Below are positions 27,124-50,644 of a stretch of DNA of 64,000 bases, piece after piece. The position numbers and the translations under genes are program-made. The notes beneath the pieces are model-generated. The model had not been told where the DNA came from, did not search any database, and worked only from the letters and a program-made list of their open reading frames with translations. The stretch is taken from NCBI RefSeq assembly GCF_009914755.1, contig NC_060934.1. The stretch is one strand, 5' to 3'. The stretch comes from the human T2T-CHM13v2.0 reference genome, Homo sapiens. Positions within the stretch are counted from its first letter, which is position 1, and each line of letters begins with the position of its first letter.

Positions 27124-28569
27124 TGACCTTGTGATTGCCCGCCTCAGAAATTTTTAATTGCATATGTGGCTTCTATTATACTTCTGTTGAACAGTGCTGT
27201 TCTGGAACTCTAGCTATCATTTATATATCCCTACCTAACTTCTGTCATTTGTTTTTCAACCCTGTTTTTGATCCTGTTAAGTATAGCATGTTCCATTGTG
27301 AACTCTTCCTATATGCTGAATCAAAAAAGTATGTCCTACTTTTTATTCCTAGTATCTAGACTGATGGATTTCTAGGCCATTCCATAGCCGTGGAGGAAAT
27401 ACTAGAGTAGGATTGAAGTAGGAAGGGAAGTATGATATACTTTCTTAAGGCCCATGCAAATCATTTTTCCTGCTTTCCTGACATTTATTGTCTACACCAG
27501 AGTTTCCCAGTATGGTCTAGGGACTTTGTATTCATCACCCAGGAATCTAGGTGATGTTTATGTACACACTGCACATAACTGCGTTTGGCATTTATTGTCA
27601 TGGCTTATAGTACTTTTAACTCAATCTCGTCTTCCCATTAAGTTGTGAGATTTTGTTTTGTTTTTTTTATTTGAGACAGAGTCTTGCTCTGTCGCCCAGG
27701 CTGGAGTACAATGACACAATCTCAGCTCACTGCAACCTCTGCCTCCTAGGGTCAACCAATTCTCCTGCCTCACTCTCTCCCAAGTAGCTGAGATTACAGG
27801 CACCCACCACCACGCCCGGCTAATTTATTGTATTTTTAATAGAGACAGGGCTTCACCATATTGGCCGGACTGGTCTCTAACTCCTGACCTCAGGTGATCC
27901 ACCTGCCTCGGCCTCCCAAAGTGCTGGGATTAGAGGTGTGAGCCACTATGCCTTGCCCTTTTTTCAGTCATTGTGACTTTCACGTGTAGGTTTGGTTTTT
28001 AACATCTTTGCTGACTCACTTGGTTTACCCACGTGGTGTACCATCTAGTGGTAATAGAGAGTCACTTCATTCCACAAGGTTTAAATCTTGTAAGATAACT
28101 TGGAATGCTATTATAGGGCAACTTACCGAGATGGAAATTATCAATGAATTTTAAATGTATGTCTAACCAACATTAATATTATATCAAGTTTATGTTACAT
28201 TGTTCTATATGTATAATTTGTCACACCCCAATATAATTTTAATTATTAGAAAGCTTTATAGCTAATTTAAACATAACATTTGTAATGTTCATGATTTGTT
28301 TTACATACTAGGCAAGGGAAACTGCTTAATAACAGAATAAATGACTGATTGTCCAATTTAGGGACTAGACAAGAGGCTGTAGTAGATGCCCTGAAGTAAC
28401 ATTGCCTAGTAAGAGGAATAAAACAAGTAGACAGATTTTGAAAGCATCATAACTGGAGGAGGGTTGTGAAAGGTTTCATGAGCAAAGATGATCCTTTCAA
28501 AGGTCATTTAATGGCAATGCTGTGAAAAGACAGTGGCCAAGGCATCCATTCTCAATGCAGAAGATTTAC

Positions 28570-28993
<424 letters not shown>

Positions 28994-29231
28994 TAAGTGG
29001 AACTTACTTTGGGGAGAATAATAATCAGAAAGTTAAATATTCTTGGCTAAGAATAGATTTCAAAACAAATGATATTTTAAGCTATAATGACTTAAACTTT
29101 TAAGTATAATATTTGGTATGCTTACAGATGATCTCGTTTTGTGCTTTGTTATATGTCTTCTCAATCTTGGAATTAATTTAACATTTGTACAGTTTCTTTC
29201 CTGTATTTATCCTTGGTTTCTGACTTAGTAG

Positions 29232-29527
<296 letters not shown>

Positions 29528-30662
29528 TGATCCACCCGCCTCGGCCTCCCAAAGTGCTGGGATTACAGGCATGAGCCACTGCGCCCGGCCTATCTTTGCT
29601 TTTTACTTTTCTCCAAGTACATTCAAACCTATTATTATTTTAAGTATTTAGGTTATTGTTCTGGTAACTAAAGGATACTTGATAGGTTTATGGATTTGCT
29701 TGAACTTAACGCTTGCATGAGCCCTTTGTAACTTGGTTTTTTCTTTCTTTGCATTAATAGGATTTTACTAACATTCTCAGGAAGTAGGTACAAAGAATTA
29801 AAATTTTTAATCTATATAAGCTGTTTTCACTAAAAGGAACTAGAGTTTGTATACAAATAGCTAATTTCAGATTTGTGATAGGAAATGTATAATATATGAG
29901 CCTAGAGATCTTGTCATACCAGAGAGTAAGGAAGCTGTTAAAGATTTCTGAGGTTGTCAAAAGGTCTTAGTAGCCAACCTCCCCATCTTCAAAGGTGGCA
30001 TAATTTGAGCATCAAAAAGAATAATGGCCATAATGGATTAAAACATATCAAATATATTAAAACTTACGAACTCATAAAAATTTCATAGGTCTCCTTTGGA
30101 TCATGCTAGGGAAGCAACACATTGTCCTGAAAATGGGTAAAGAAGAAGAAAAAATTTAGCATCCATCTGTCTTTCCTAAAAGAACCATATCTTGGTTTAG
30201 CAGGGTAATGAAGAAAAGTGTTTCATTAGACTCTAAGCTAATAAAATGGAGAAGAAATGATAGAATTAATATATCACCAGTATGCAACTCTTAATAAAAT
30301 AACCCCTGTGGATGTTAATGATGGCTTAAACCATTTGATCAAAAGCTGTTGGGGAACTTTATAATTAATAGGCTAACCATACCTGAACTCACTGATAAAT
30401 CTTAACATGAGAGACACAGCAAAGCATTTTGTGTTTGCAGTACTACCTATGAAATACTCTTGCTAAAAAATTAAACCTGAATTAAATCAAGCCTTTAGGT
30501 CTAACCAGTTTGTAGAAAATAAAGCATAGAAATGCAGTTGACCAAATCCAGAATTTGAGATGTTCAATGGGGTAAAGACCTCATGTCTTCAGCAACAAGT
30601 TTTTTTTTTCAAGGGAAAAAATATGAGAAACAATAACCTGTATATCAAAAGAGACTTAAGAC

Positions 30663-30791
30663 TAGAGGTCCTTAAGTCTTAGTTTGCCTGAGACAGTCCT
30701 TGTTGATATTGTTGTATTAGAATGATTATTAAGAATGGGCCCTTTCACTCCAAAAGGTGTCCCAATTTGGATGATAAATTATATAGTCACC
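30663..30791 (-). mobile_element. MER94-like hAT-Blackjack MITE inside an old L1M fragment
   Basis: ccctttcactccaaaaggtgtcccaatttggatgataaattatatagtcacc; flanking direct repeat gacttaagac at ~30653 and 30792. Confidence 0.65.
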
Positions 30792-31029
30792 GACTTAAGA
30801 CCTATGAACCAAATCTAGTGGTGAATTCTGGTTCAAACAAAGCAATTGTGACACACATTTGAGACGACTGGTGAAGTTTGAACATGGACTAGACATTTGA
30901 TAGGAAGGAATCAGTGTTAACCTTTTTAGATGTGATAGTGGTCTTAAAGTGCTCTTACCTCTTAGAGATACATGCTGAAGTAAATGGATGAAATGATACA
31001 GGATTTGTTTCAAAATAATCCTGGGTTTA

Positions 31030-31790
<761 letters not shown>

Positions 31791-33173
31791 TAGAATTGTT
31801 AAATTTTTTGAAGTCGAATTCAACTCTATGTAGTGTCAGATGTTCAGAAAAATTAGGTCCTGCCATTGCCTGACAGAAATTTAACATCTCACTGTAATCA
31901 ACTCAAAATGGGAAAACTGGAACCTTAAAATAGTTTTAATCAAGTGTCATGATACAGGTGGTATCACAATTCAGTATAATTTCACATACTTTCAGGGAGT
32001 TGACTTTGTTAATAGGGGATTTTTTAAAACAAATACAAACCTAGCACTGTTTGTAAAAGGACATTTTAATACCACAAATATGGGAGAGATGTAACTGACT
32101 AAATCTAGTTTAATGCAAAGTTTACCACATTGTGCATTTTGTTCTGTGTCCCTCTCATTTTGTCATAGACTATTGCCATTTAGGAATCCCTGTTTTAAGA
32201 GATCAGGGATCACCATGGACCATTAGCATTTAGGAATCAACATTTTGAGAGATCACATATGGCAAAGATCATTATAGGCTGTAATGATTCAGGGAGGTCT
32301 TCATGGAAGAGATGTAACAAGCTGTTTTACACAGCATGAATAATTGGGTTCTTCATTGGATTATGGTAATGGTTGCACACCCTGTAAACTCACTAAAATC
32401 CACTGAATTGTACACATAAAATGAGTGTTTTATGGTATGTAAATTATATCACAAAACTCTTTTTTTTTTTTAATTTAAAAAGCAATTGTTAAAAGGGGAT
32501 GGTGCTACATAGAATGTTGGTTTATTTATTCCCCAAGAGACCTGTAGGATTTACTGTCTACTTTTCAATGAAGTTAGGAATGTAAATGTTGAGTGAAAAG
32601 GCAAGTACTTTTGTAAATCATGAGAGCATGAGCTTATTACAGAGAAATATAACTGGGGGCCTGATGCGGTGGCTCACACCTATAATCCCAGCACTTCGGG
32701 AGGCAAGGCAGGAGGATCGTTTGAGCCCAGGGGTTCAAGACCAGCCTGGGCAACATAGTATATGTATATAACTAGTTAATATTTAACCACCACACCACAT
32801 TTATAGTGAAATGATTACTCCTATCAAAGTAATCATGTTGGGAAATCTACTCATTCCAATAATGCTGCCATTTTTTTCAGAACACTATAACTCCTTTTAG
32901 AGCTTATAACACATCTTTTATATATCCTCAGAGATGGTAAACTTCATGTTTTAGAGAGTAGGATGAATCTTGAAAACAGTAAAGTCTGTCATCAAATTAG
33001 AAAGTATTGTTAGTTGCAAACAATGTCTGACAGGTAGCAAGACTGATCCTCATATATGGCAATTATATTTTTATATTTTTAGAAGACAAGATTAATTAGG
33101 AAGTTTTAGGTTTTTTTAAAAATATTTACATCTCATACTTTAATTTTTACCTCTTATCTAATGTCCGTTAAAG

Positions 33174-33325
33174 GTACGACACCACAGAGGAAAAGTTATT
33201 TATACCCATCAACACTGGTAAGAACTGAACCACGTGAACATCTCCTTGATCAGCTGAAAAGGAAACAGCCTGAGCTGTTAATGATGCTAAACTGTTCAGA
33301 AAACAACAAAGAAGAGACAATTCCG
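33174..33325 (+). CDS. KIF11: KIF11 coding exon 20 (BimC box; G-TTPQRKSY with CDK1 site Thr926 at 33179-33181)
   Basis: ttaaag| acceptor, |gtaaat donor; 152 nt; TG.TP.RK BimC-box motif spans exons 19/20. Confidence 0.96.
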
Positions 33326-33739
33326 GTAAATTTAAAGGATCATATTTTATAATAGAACTCTTTTATGAACTCTTGATGTGGCTGACTTCATGTGAAGAAT
33401 TTTACTGTTTACCCCTCAATCTTACCCCGCCTCTCATTAATGATAGGCCTAGCCCTTAGGCTTGTTTCTTTTAATCTTACTAGTTTTTAAATTATGCTAG
33501 TAGATAATAATAGCCAATACTTAATATTGTGCTTAGTAACATTGTTATATAGGAACCTCTACTCTCTATAAAAATATATTAGGAATTATTTTCATTAATT
33601 TGTAGACTTTCTAATAATTTTGTTGAGGTTTAACTTTTATATTATACCATGGGCATTGTGTTATACTCAAAGCTGCTGTTACTCTTGTGATGACTTTTAA
33701 GCCCTTGGACTTAGTCACTCATCCAGTTTCTTCTTTTAG

Positions 33740-33871
<132 letters not shown>

Positions 33872-34384
33872 TAACCCTTCCACATCTGATGTAAGTCATT
33901 CATTTACTATTCATTATAAAGGTATTGTTCGTGGTGAGCAGAACAACAAAAACCTTTCAATTATTCCTTAGGATGGCTTGTTAACGCTTATGATTTGAAT
34001 TATTTACAAAAATCTGATATTGATAAGGGGTTTTCTGTAGAATAAATGAAGGCAGAATTTGACTTAATCTACATCCTTAGCTGATAATCTTTAGCTATTG
34101 TATTTATTCCTTTTCTGCTTGCTATATACTCAGACACTGAGAGCAGTCATTTCTCTTCCTTCTACCTTTGACATGTAAGTCTTGGAACCTATCTCTGCCC
34201 ATAATCAGACTTTGAAGGCAAAGTGATTGAAAAGATTGAGAGACTGGAGGCCTCTTAGGTTATATTAGTGATTTCTCCTGCCTGAGGCTCTTCTCTTGTA
34301 AACTGTTGCCCCATGTTTCCTGAGCACCTTGCCTGCTCTAATCCAGTGTAATTAAATCCTGTGACCTCTCCTACCCACTCTTCT

Positions 34385-35780
<1,396 letters not shown>

Positions 35781-36252
35781 TGTAACTGTTTTTTAATAGA
35801 TCTACAGCTCCTTCCCTTAAGGTCTAAAGATTCTCCATCCCTGCTTTCAACAGTTAACAAAGTTCCAACTCAGATTCTCATAAATTCCTCCCTGTCTTCC
35901 TCTGGGCAATTTTATTCCCAAATTCTTGCCACCTTTTGCTTTATTCCTTACTATTAGAGAACTATAAATATGTTTCTTTCAGTTTTCATCCTTTTCTTCT
36001 ATCTTATAAAGTTAGGAAAGGGGGAAGGATAAGAGAACCTGGTGACTACTTAATCCCTGGTCAGAAATCGTTTTATTATTATTATCTGTGGCATTTTGAA
36101 TTAGGCTTAGTGATTCAGCTATGGCAAGGAAGTCCCTACAGTACCAGAAAGGGTTTGGGATGGGGTTTTAGACCTTCAGCTGAAGTCCAGAAATGATCTT
36201 TTCCCTAGTAGCAGTGTGATGTGGGGATTTTCTCTGCGTTTAAAACTTTAAA

Positions 36253-36368
36253 AGTTGGTTTACAATTTGTCTCAGCATTGATGACTGAGTGTACAATGAA
36301 TGTCACCAGTCCATTAATGTTCTGTATGGGTAAGTAGGATTCCAATGAAATAGAACTTCCAAATGAGG
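36253..36368 (+). repeat. Dispersed direct repeat, copy 2 (partner 35041-35159)
   Basis: Same alignment as copy 1. Confidence 0.93.
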
Positions 36369-36512
36369 AATATGAAATAGGTTTTACAAATAAAATAAAA
36401 TACAATTTTAAAAAACAAGTAAAAGTGTTTTTAAGGTGGCCCATATACCAGTTTCTCTGCTTAAAACAGAATTGGCTTTTCTGCATGACAGCAAATCTTT
36501 GTTTCCTTAGAG

Positions 36513-36737
36513 CAGGGTTTCTTGACAGCAGTGCTATTGGCATTTTAAACTGGATAATTCTTTGTTGTGATGGGCTTTCCTGTGGACTGTACTATGTTGG
36601 TACACAAGAAAAACAGTGTACTATGTGAATACTCACTCAAAGCCAGTAGCACTCCCTGATTGTAACACCAAAAAAGTCTCTCAGCATTGCCAAATGTCCC
36701 CTGTGGCAGCAGAATCACTCCCTGATGAGAACCACTA
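36513..36737 (-). mobile_element. MER20 (hAT-Charlie)
   Basis: cagggtttct...tggataattctttgttgtg...cattgccaaatgtcccctg...gagaaccact. Confidence 0.78.
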
Positions 36738-36978
36738 CCCTGGAGTAAAATCTATAACTATGTCTTAGAAAATAACACAGAAAATTAATATTTCTTTCAC
36801 TCTACTCCTTCCATTAGTGATCAAATAAAGAAGGCATTTGGCGCTACTTGCCAAATTGTTGGCTCAAACTTGTGCTGAACCTTTTTTGGTTTTCTACACT
36901 TAAGTTTTTTTGCCTATAACCCAGAGAACTTTGAAAATAGAGTGTAGTTAATGTGTATCTAATGTTACTTTGTATTGA

Positions 36979-37137
<159 letters not shown>

Positions 37138-37180
37138 TTCACTTGGGGGTTGGCAATTTTATTTTTAAAGAAAACTTAAA

Positions 37181-37186
37181 AATAAA
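37181..37186 (+). terminator. Candidate proximal poly(A) signal
   Basis: AATAAA 43 nt after the stop, U-rich upstream, TTGTGTAT ~25 nt downstream. Confidence 0.5.
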
Positions 37187-37226
37187 ACCTGAAACCCCAG
37201 AACTTGAGCCTTGTGTATAGATTTTA

Positions 37227-37530
<304 letters not shown>

Positions 37531-38480
37531 AAAAGATATAAGGCAGTACTGTAAATTCAGTTGAATTTTGATATCTACCCATTTTTCTGTCATCCCTATA
37601 GTTCACTTTGTATTAAATTGGGTTTCATTTGGGATTTGCAATGTAAATACGTATTTCTAGTTTTCATATAAAGTAGTTCTTTTATAACAAATGAAAAGTA
37701 TTTTTCTTGTATATTATTAAGTAATGAATATATAAGAACTGTACTCTTCTCAGCTTGAGCTTACATAGGTAAATATCACCAACATCTGTCCTTAGAAAGG
37801 ACCATCTCATGTTTTTTTTCTTGCTATGACTTGTGTATTTTCTTGCATCCTCCCTAGACTTCCCTATTTCGCTTTCTCCTCGGCTCACTTTCTCCCTTTT
37901 TATTTTTCACCAAACCATTTGTAGAGCTACAAAAGGTATCCTTTCTTATTTTCAGTAGTCAGAATTTTATCTAGAAATCTTTTAACACCTTTTTAGTGGT
38001 TATTTCTAAAATCACTGTCAACAATAAATCTAACCCTAGTTGTATCCCTCCTTTCAGTATTTTTCACTTGTTGCCCCAAATGTGAAAGCATTTCATTCCT
38101 TTAAGAGGCCTAACTCATTCACCCTGACAGAGTTCACAAAAAGCCCACTTAAGAGTATACATTGCTATTATGGGAGACCACCCAGACATCTGACTAATGG
38201 CTCTGTGCCCACACTCCAAGACCTGTGCCTTTTAGAGAAGCTCACAATGATTTAAGGACTGTTTGAAACTTCCAATTATGTCTATAATTTATATTCTTTT
38301 GTTTACATGATGAAACTTTTTGTTGTTGCTTGTTTGTATATAATACAATGTGTACATGTATCTTTTTCTCGATTCAAATCTTAACCCTTAGGACTCTGGT
38401 ATTTTTGATCTGGCAACCATATTTCTGGAAGTTGAGATGTTTCAGCTTGAAGAACCAAAACAGAAGGAATATGTACAAAG

Positions 38481-38719
38481 AATAAATTTTCTGCTCACGA
38501 TGAGTTTAGTGTGTAAAGTTTAGAGACATCTGACTTTGATAGCTAAATTAAACCAAACCCTATTGAAGAATTGAATATATGCTACTTCAAGAAACTAAAT
38601 TGATCTCGTAGAATTATCTTAATAAAATAATGGCTATAATTTCTCTGCAAAATCAGATGTCAGCATAAGCGATGGATAATACCTAATAAACTGCCCTCAG
38701 TAAATCCATGGTTAATAAA
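38481..38719 (+). terminator. Distal poly(A) signal cluster of KIF11
   Basis: AATAAA at 38481, 38621, 38685 and 38714 (others at 38023 and 38812). Confidence 0.75.
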
Positions 38720-39177
38720 TGTGGTTTCTACATTAACCTGCTTGCTCCATAATTTCTTATCTGGCAATGGGTATATTTAGAGGGTTAGGCAAGCTGCATT
38801 CACATTCCCAAAATAAACTATGCAGGTACCACCAAAGAAGAAGGAGCCTAGTAAACTTGCAGGCTTTTAGTTGCACTCCAAGGGGCTATCCTAGGTGCAA
38901 GGTTAGTGAGAAGTAGGCCCTCACACAGCCTGAAGTCCAGCTTTAAGTCATCTCATTCCATGACTGTTTAAGTTATCTGAGAATGCTGATGCAACTAATT
39001 TCACTGCCTCACAGAAGCAAAAATAAATCTCCAGATAATTTTAACATCCAGAACCATAAATTAGCTCTACCAATTTTCATACACAATGTCGGGCCCTCAG
39101 AATGTAACCAAGAGTAGCATCAGCAAAAATGGCCAAGTAGGTAGCTTCAAGGACCTTTTCCTCCACAGAAACATTGA

Positions 39178-39705
<528 letters not shown>

Positions 39706-40307
39706 TGAAAGATTATGTTTGTTCTGACCTGTCTGGCAGCCTCAAGGACTGACAAAAGGCACCTGCATTTGTTTCGTGTAACTCAGAACTCAGTCATGGT
39801 GTGAAATTGGCATGTTTGTCTCTAAATATTGTAAGGCAAATGAACAACCTGCTGCCGCCTGAGGCAAAAAGTTACCGTTGAGGTAAACAAAGGAGTGCCT
39901 AAAGCCTGAGAGGAAAGCAGCAGAATTTCTTAGGGAAATTAGGTTATTCAAAAGCACCCATGTATATTGGGGGATTTAGAAAGCCATGCACAGTCCCAGG
40001 TCAGTCTGCACATTCAAACCTGAGAAGACCCCAAGATTTCATGTCTGGCTGATGTGTAGGCTCAGTGCAAGCAGGAAGTAAAGGCTAAGGCCAATTTCAG
40101 ATGGGCCGGATAGGCACTGAAGGTGTGTCCCAACACAGCCAATCAGCAAAAACTGAGGGTTTTTTTCTTCCCTTGTCAATTTTTGGGGCAACCAGTTTTC
40201 AAAGAAATCTCATCACACTGGCTGAACGCTAGCAAAAGGAAGACACCTTACAGACCGTGTAAGTCAAAGAACAGAAACTTTACAAAAACAGGTCAGAAAA
40301 GTCACTA

Positions 40308-40595
<288 letters not shown>

Positions 40596-41384
40596 CTAAA
40601 TATATACAAGTCACTAAACAAACCACTACAACCCACAGCAAGTAACAAAAACCCTGAGGAGTGAAGAATCTGGTTTCCAGAGTTAATAGTAAAGTAATAT
40701 TCAGCTTTCAACAAAAAACTGTGAAGCATGCAAAGAAAGTATAGCCCACTCAGAAAAAATTAGAATAAACTATCTGAGGAAGCATAGACATTGGACTTTA
40801 AGACAAAATTTGTAAATCAACTGTCTCAAAAGTGCTCAAAGAGCTAAGGGAATACAGGGAAACAATGTCTCATAGAGATTGTCAAAGAAATTATAAAAAG
40901 GAACCATAAAAATTAGCTGAAAAGTGCAATAAAAAAAAGGGGGAAAAAATGGTTCTAATAGCAGATATGGCCAGACAGTAGAAAGAATCAGTGAAGCTGA
41001 AGGTAGATCAATTGAAATTATCCATCTGAGGAGCAGAAGAACAAAGGAAAGAAGCAATTTAAGAAAGCTATGGATTACCACCAAGCATACCAACCTTTGC
41101 AAAATAGGAGTTTCAGAAGGAGAGGAGAGAGAAAGGGGCAGAAAGAATATTTGAAGAAATAATGGCCCCAAACACCTCAAATTTGTGAAAACACTTGAAT
41201 GTACCCATCCAAGAAGTTTGCAGAACTCCAAATAGGATAAGTCAGGAAAGATCCATGTCGAGACATATATAAACTGTCCAAAACTGAAAAGAGGATCTTG
41301 GAAGCAGAAAGACAGTGGCAATCAGAGAAATGCAAATCCAAATCACAGTGAGATACCACTTCACATCCAGAAGGATGGCTATAA

Positions 41385-41660
<276 letters not shown>

Positions 41661-42268
41661 TAGTCTTGAGCTCCTGATCTCAAGTGATCCACCTGTCTTG
41701 GCCTCCCAAAGTACTAAGATTTCAGGCGTGAGCCACCCCGCCCAGCCTGAAAATGGGAACCTTGTACATTGCTCATGGGAATGTAAAATGGTTCAGCCAC
41801 TGTAGACAAAGAGTTTGGTGGTTCCTGAAAAGATAAACAGAATTACCATATAGCCCAGCAATTCCATTCCTAGCTGTCTTCCCAAGAGAAAAGAAAACAT
41901 GCATCCACAAAAATTTATACACAGATGCTATAGCAGCACTATTCACAATGACCCAATGGTGTAAACAACCCATCAATATATGAATGGATAAACAAAATGA
42001 TTATATACGTATGATACATTACTCAGCCATAAAGATGAAGTACAGATACAGGCTACCATATGGATAAACCTCAAAAACATTATGCTAAGTGAAAGAAGAC
42101 ACAAAAGTTCACATATTCTATGATTCCAGTTTTATGAAATATCCAGAATAGGTAAATTCATAGAGTCAGCAGACTGGTGGTGGTTAAATCTGGTGTGAGG
42201 GGAATGCAGAGTGACTGCTTAATGGGTATGGGATTTTCTTCTGGGGTGTTGGAAATATGTTGGAACTA

Positions 42269-42844
<576 letters not shown>

Positions 42845-43717
42845 TGAATCAGTATAATAATTTTTGAAAGTAGACCATGGTTAATTCATGATGTATATTG
42901 TAAGCCTTTGGGCAATAACTAGGCAAAAATTTTAATGGATATAAAACAGATTCATAAAAGTACTCAGTTAATTTTAGAATTACAGAAAATGAGGAAAAGG
43001 GGACAAAGAACAAAGAAAATAAACAGAAAAGAAGTAGCAAATGGATATATTTAAGCCCAATAACATTAAATGTAAGCGGTTTAAATAAACTAAAAGATAG
43101 ATCATCAGATTGGATAAAAAGTAATTATAATCTATCTACAAGAAGCCCACTTCAAATAGAAAAGATATATACAGATAAACAAGAAAAGGATGGGAAAGAT
43201 ACACAAACCCTCATCAAAAGAAAGCTAGAGTGTCTATATTACTACCAAAGTTGACTTTAGAATGAGGAATGTCACCAAGGATAAAAAGGAACATTACATA
43301 ATGATAAAGATGTTAATTCACAAAGAGGTATAACAATTCTACATATGTACGTACCTAACAACAGAGGTGCTAGAAACTGACAGGACTGAAAGGAGAAATA
43401 AACAAATCCACAGTTATAGCTAGAGACTTGAGCATTTTAAGTAACAGAACTAGAAAGAAAATCAATAAAGATATTGAAGACCTGACAACTCTGTCAACCA
43501 CCTTGACCTAATGAATATTTATAGAACAATATACCCAACAATAGGGGAATATATTATTTGTGAAGTGCTTGAAACATTCAAACAATATGAACTATATTCT
43601 GGGTCATTAAAAAACAACTCCACAAGTTTTAAAGAATTGAAATCATACAAGTATGAAGTCAATACATACAACTTGAAGTCAACAATACACACAACTTGAA
43701 GTCAATACAAGTCATAC

Positions 43718-43778
43718 AACTTGAAGTCAATAATACATAGTTGGGGATTTTCCAACTATGTATTATTGACTTCAAGTT
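43718..43778. repeat. Perfect inverted repeat, 27-bp arms, 7-nt spacer
   Basis: aacttgaagtcaataatacatagttgg (43718-43744) ggatttt ccaactatgtattattgacttcaagtt (43752-43778). Confidence 0.95.
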
Positions 43779-43847
43779 TAACTCAATTTTAAGTCAAGTC
43801 TAATTCCCCAAATATGTCCAAATATTTGGAAATTAAACAACACACTT

Positions 43848-43883
43848 CTACACTTGATCTTAGCCAAAAGGCCGAGAAACGAT
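43848..43883 (-). pseudogene. 3'-truncated (tailless) U2 snRNA retrocopy, U2 nt 1-36
   Basis: Minus strand reads ATCGtTTCTCGGCCTTTTGGCTAAGATCAAGTGTAG, the U2 5' end with one mismatch; direct repeat aaacaacacacttcta at 43835-43850 and 43884-43899. Confidence 0.92.
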
Positions 43884-44499
43884 AAACAACACACTTCTAA
43901 ACCTACTCATCAAAGAGGAAATCACATGTAAAACTAGAAAAATTTAAACGGTGGCTTGTGCCTATAATCTCAGCTACTCTGGAGGCTGAGGCAGGAGGAT
44001 CACTTGAGGTCAGGAATGTGAGAGCAGCCTGGGCAACATAGCAAGACCCCATCTCTAGAAAACAAAAAAATTAAAAATTTGGCTGGGTGCAGTGGCTCAC
44101 GCCTTTCATCCAACACTTTGGGAGTCAAAGGCAGGCAGATCACTTGAGCATGGGAGTTCAAGACCAGCCTAGGCAACCTGGTGGGACCCCCATCTCTACC
44201 AAAAATAGAAAAAATTATCTGGGGGTGGTGGAGCATGTCTCTATTCCCAGCTTCTTGGGGAGGCTGAGGTGGGAGGATTGCTTGAGCCCAGGAGGCAGAG
44301 GTGGCAGTGAGCCGAGATTGTGCCACCGCATCTTGGCCTGAGTGATGGAGTGAGATCCCATTTCAAAAAAAAAAAATTAGCTGAGTATGGTGACACACAC
44401 CTGTAGTCCCAGCTGAGGCTAAGGCAGGAGGATCACTTGATACACATATGCATACATACATACATATATGTATGTAGGTGTAGTTATATAATATATATA

Positions 44500-49395
<4,896 letters not shown>

Positions 49396-49864
49396 CATTC
49401 AGTTATTTGAAGGCATCATGCCATTGTCTGCTTCAATTTTTTCTGTTGCAAAATCATAGTCAGTTTAATTATTGTTCCTATGAAAATAATCTTTTTCTCC
49501 TTGGTTACTTTTTTTTTTCTTTGAGACAGGGTCTGGCTCTGTCACTCAGTCTGGAATGCAATGGCACGATTTCAGCTCACTCCAACCTCCATCTCCCAGG
49601 CTCAAGCCATCCTCCTACCTCAGCCTCCTGAGTAGCTAAGAATATAGGCACGCACCATCATGCCCAGTTAGTTTTTGTATTTTTAGTAGAGACAGGGTTT
49701 TGCTATATTGCCCAGGCTGGTCTTGAACTCCTGGGCTCAAAGCAATCTACCTGCCTCTGCTCTTTGGTTAGTTTTAAGATATTTCTTTATCTTTGGTTTT
49801 TAGCAGTTTTTCTCTGATATACCTCAGTGTGACTTTGTATGTATCCTGCTTAGGGTTTATACAG

Positions 49865-50532
<668 letters not shown>

Positions 50533-50644
50533 TAGAGCTTCAGTCCCATTCTTTTTTTCTGAGATGCCAGTTACATGTATGTTAGACTTCTTTACCATAA
50601 CCTCTTTATGTTTCTCATCCTTTTGCCTACCCATGCCTTAGTAA

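Noticed and set aside
32177-32255. Degenerate 50-bp-period duplication (catttaggaatc...ttt.agagatca), plus similar short duplications at 26656, ~36588, ~46577 and 60287
   Set aside because: Ordinary slippage-type duplications in intronic or TE sequence with no feature pointing to function.
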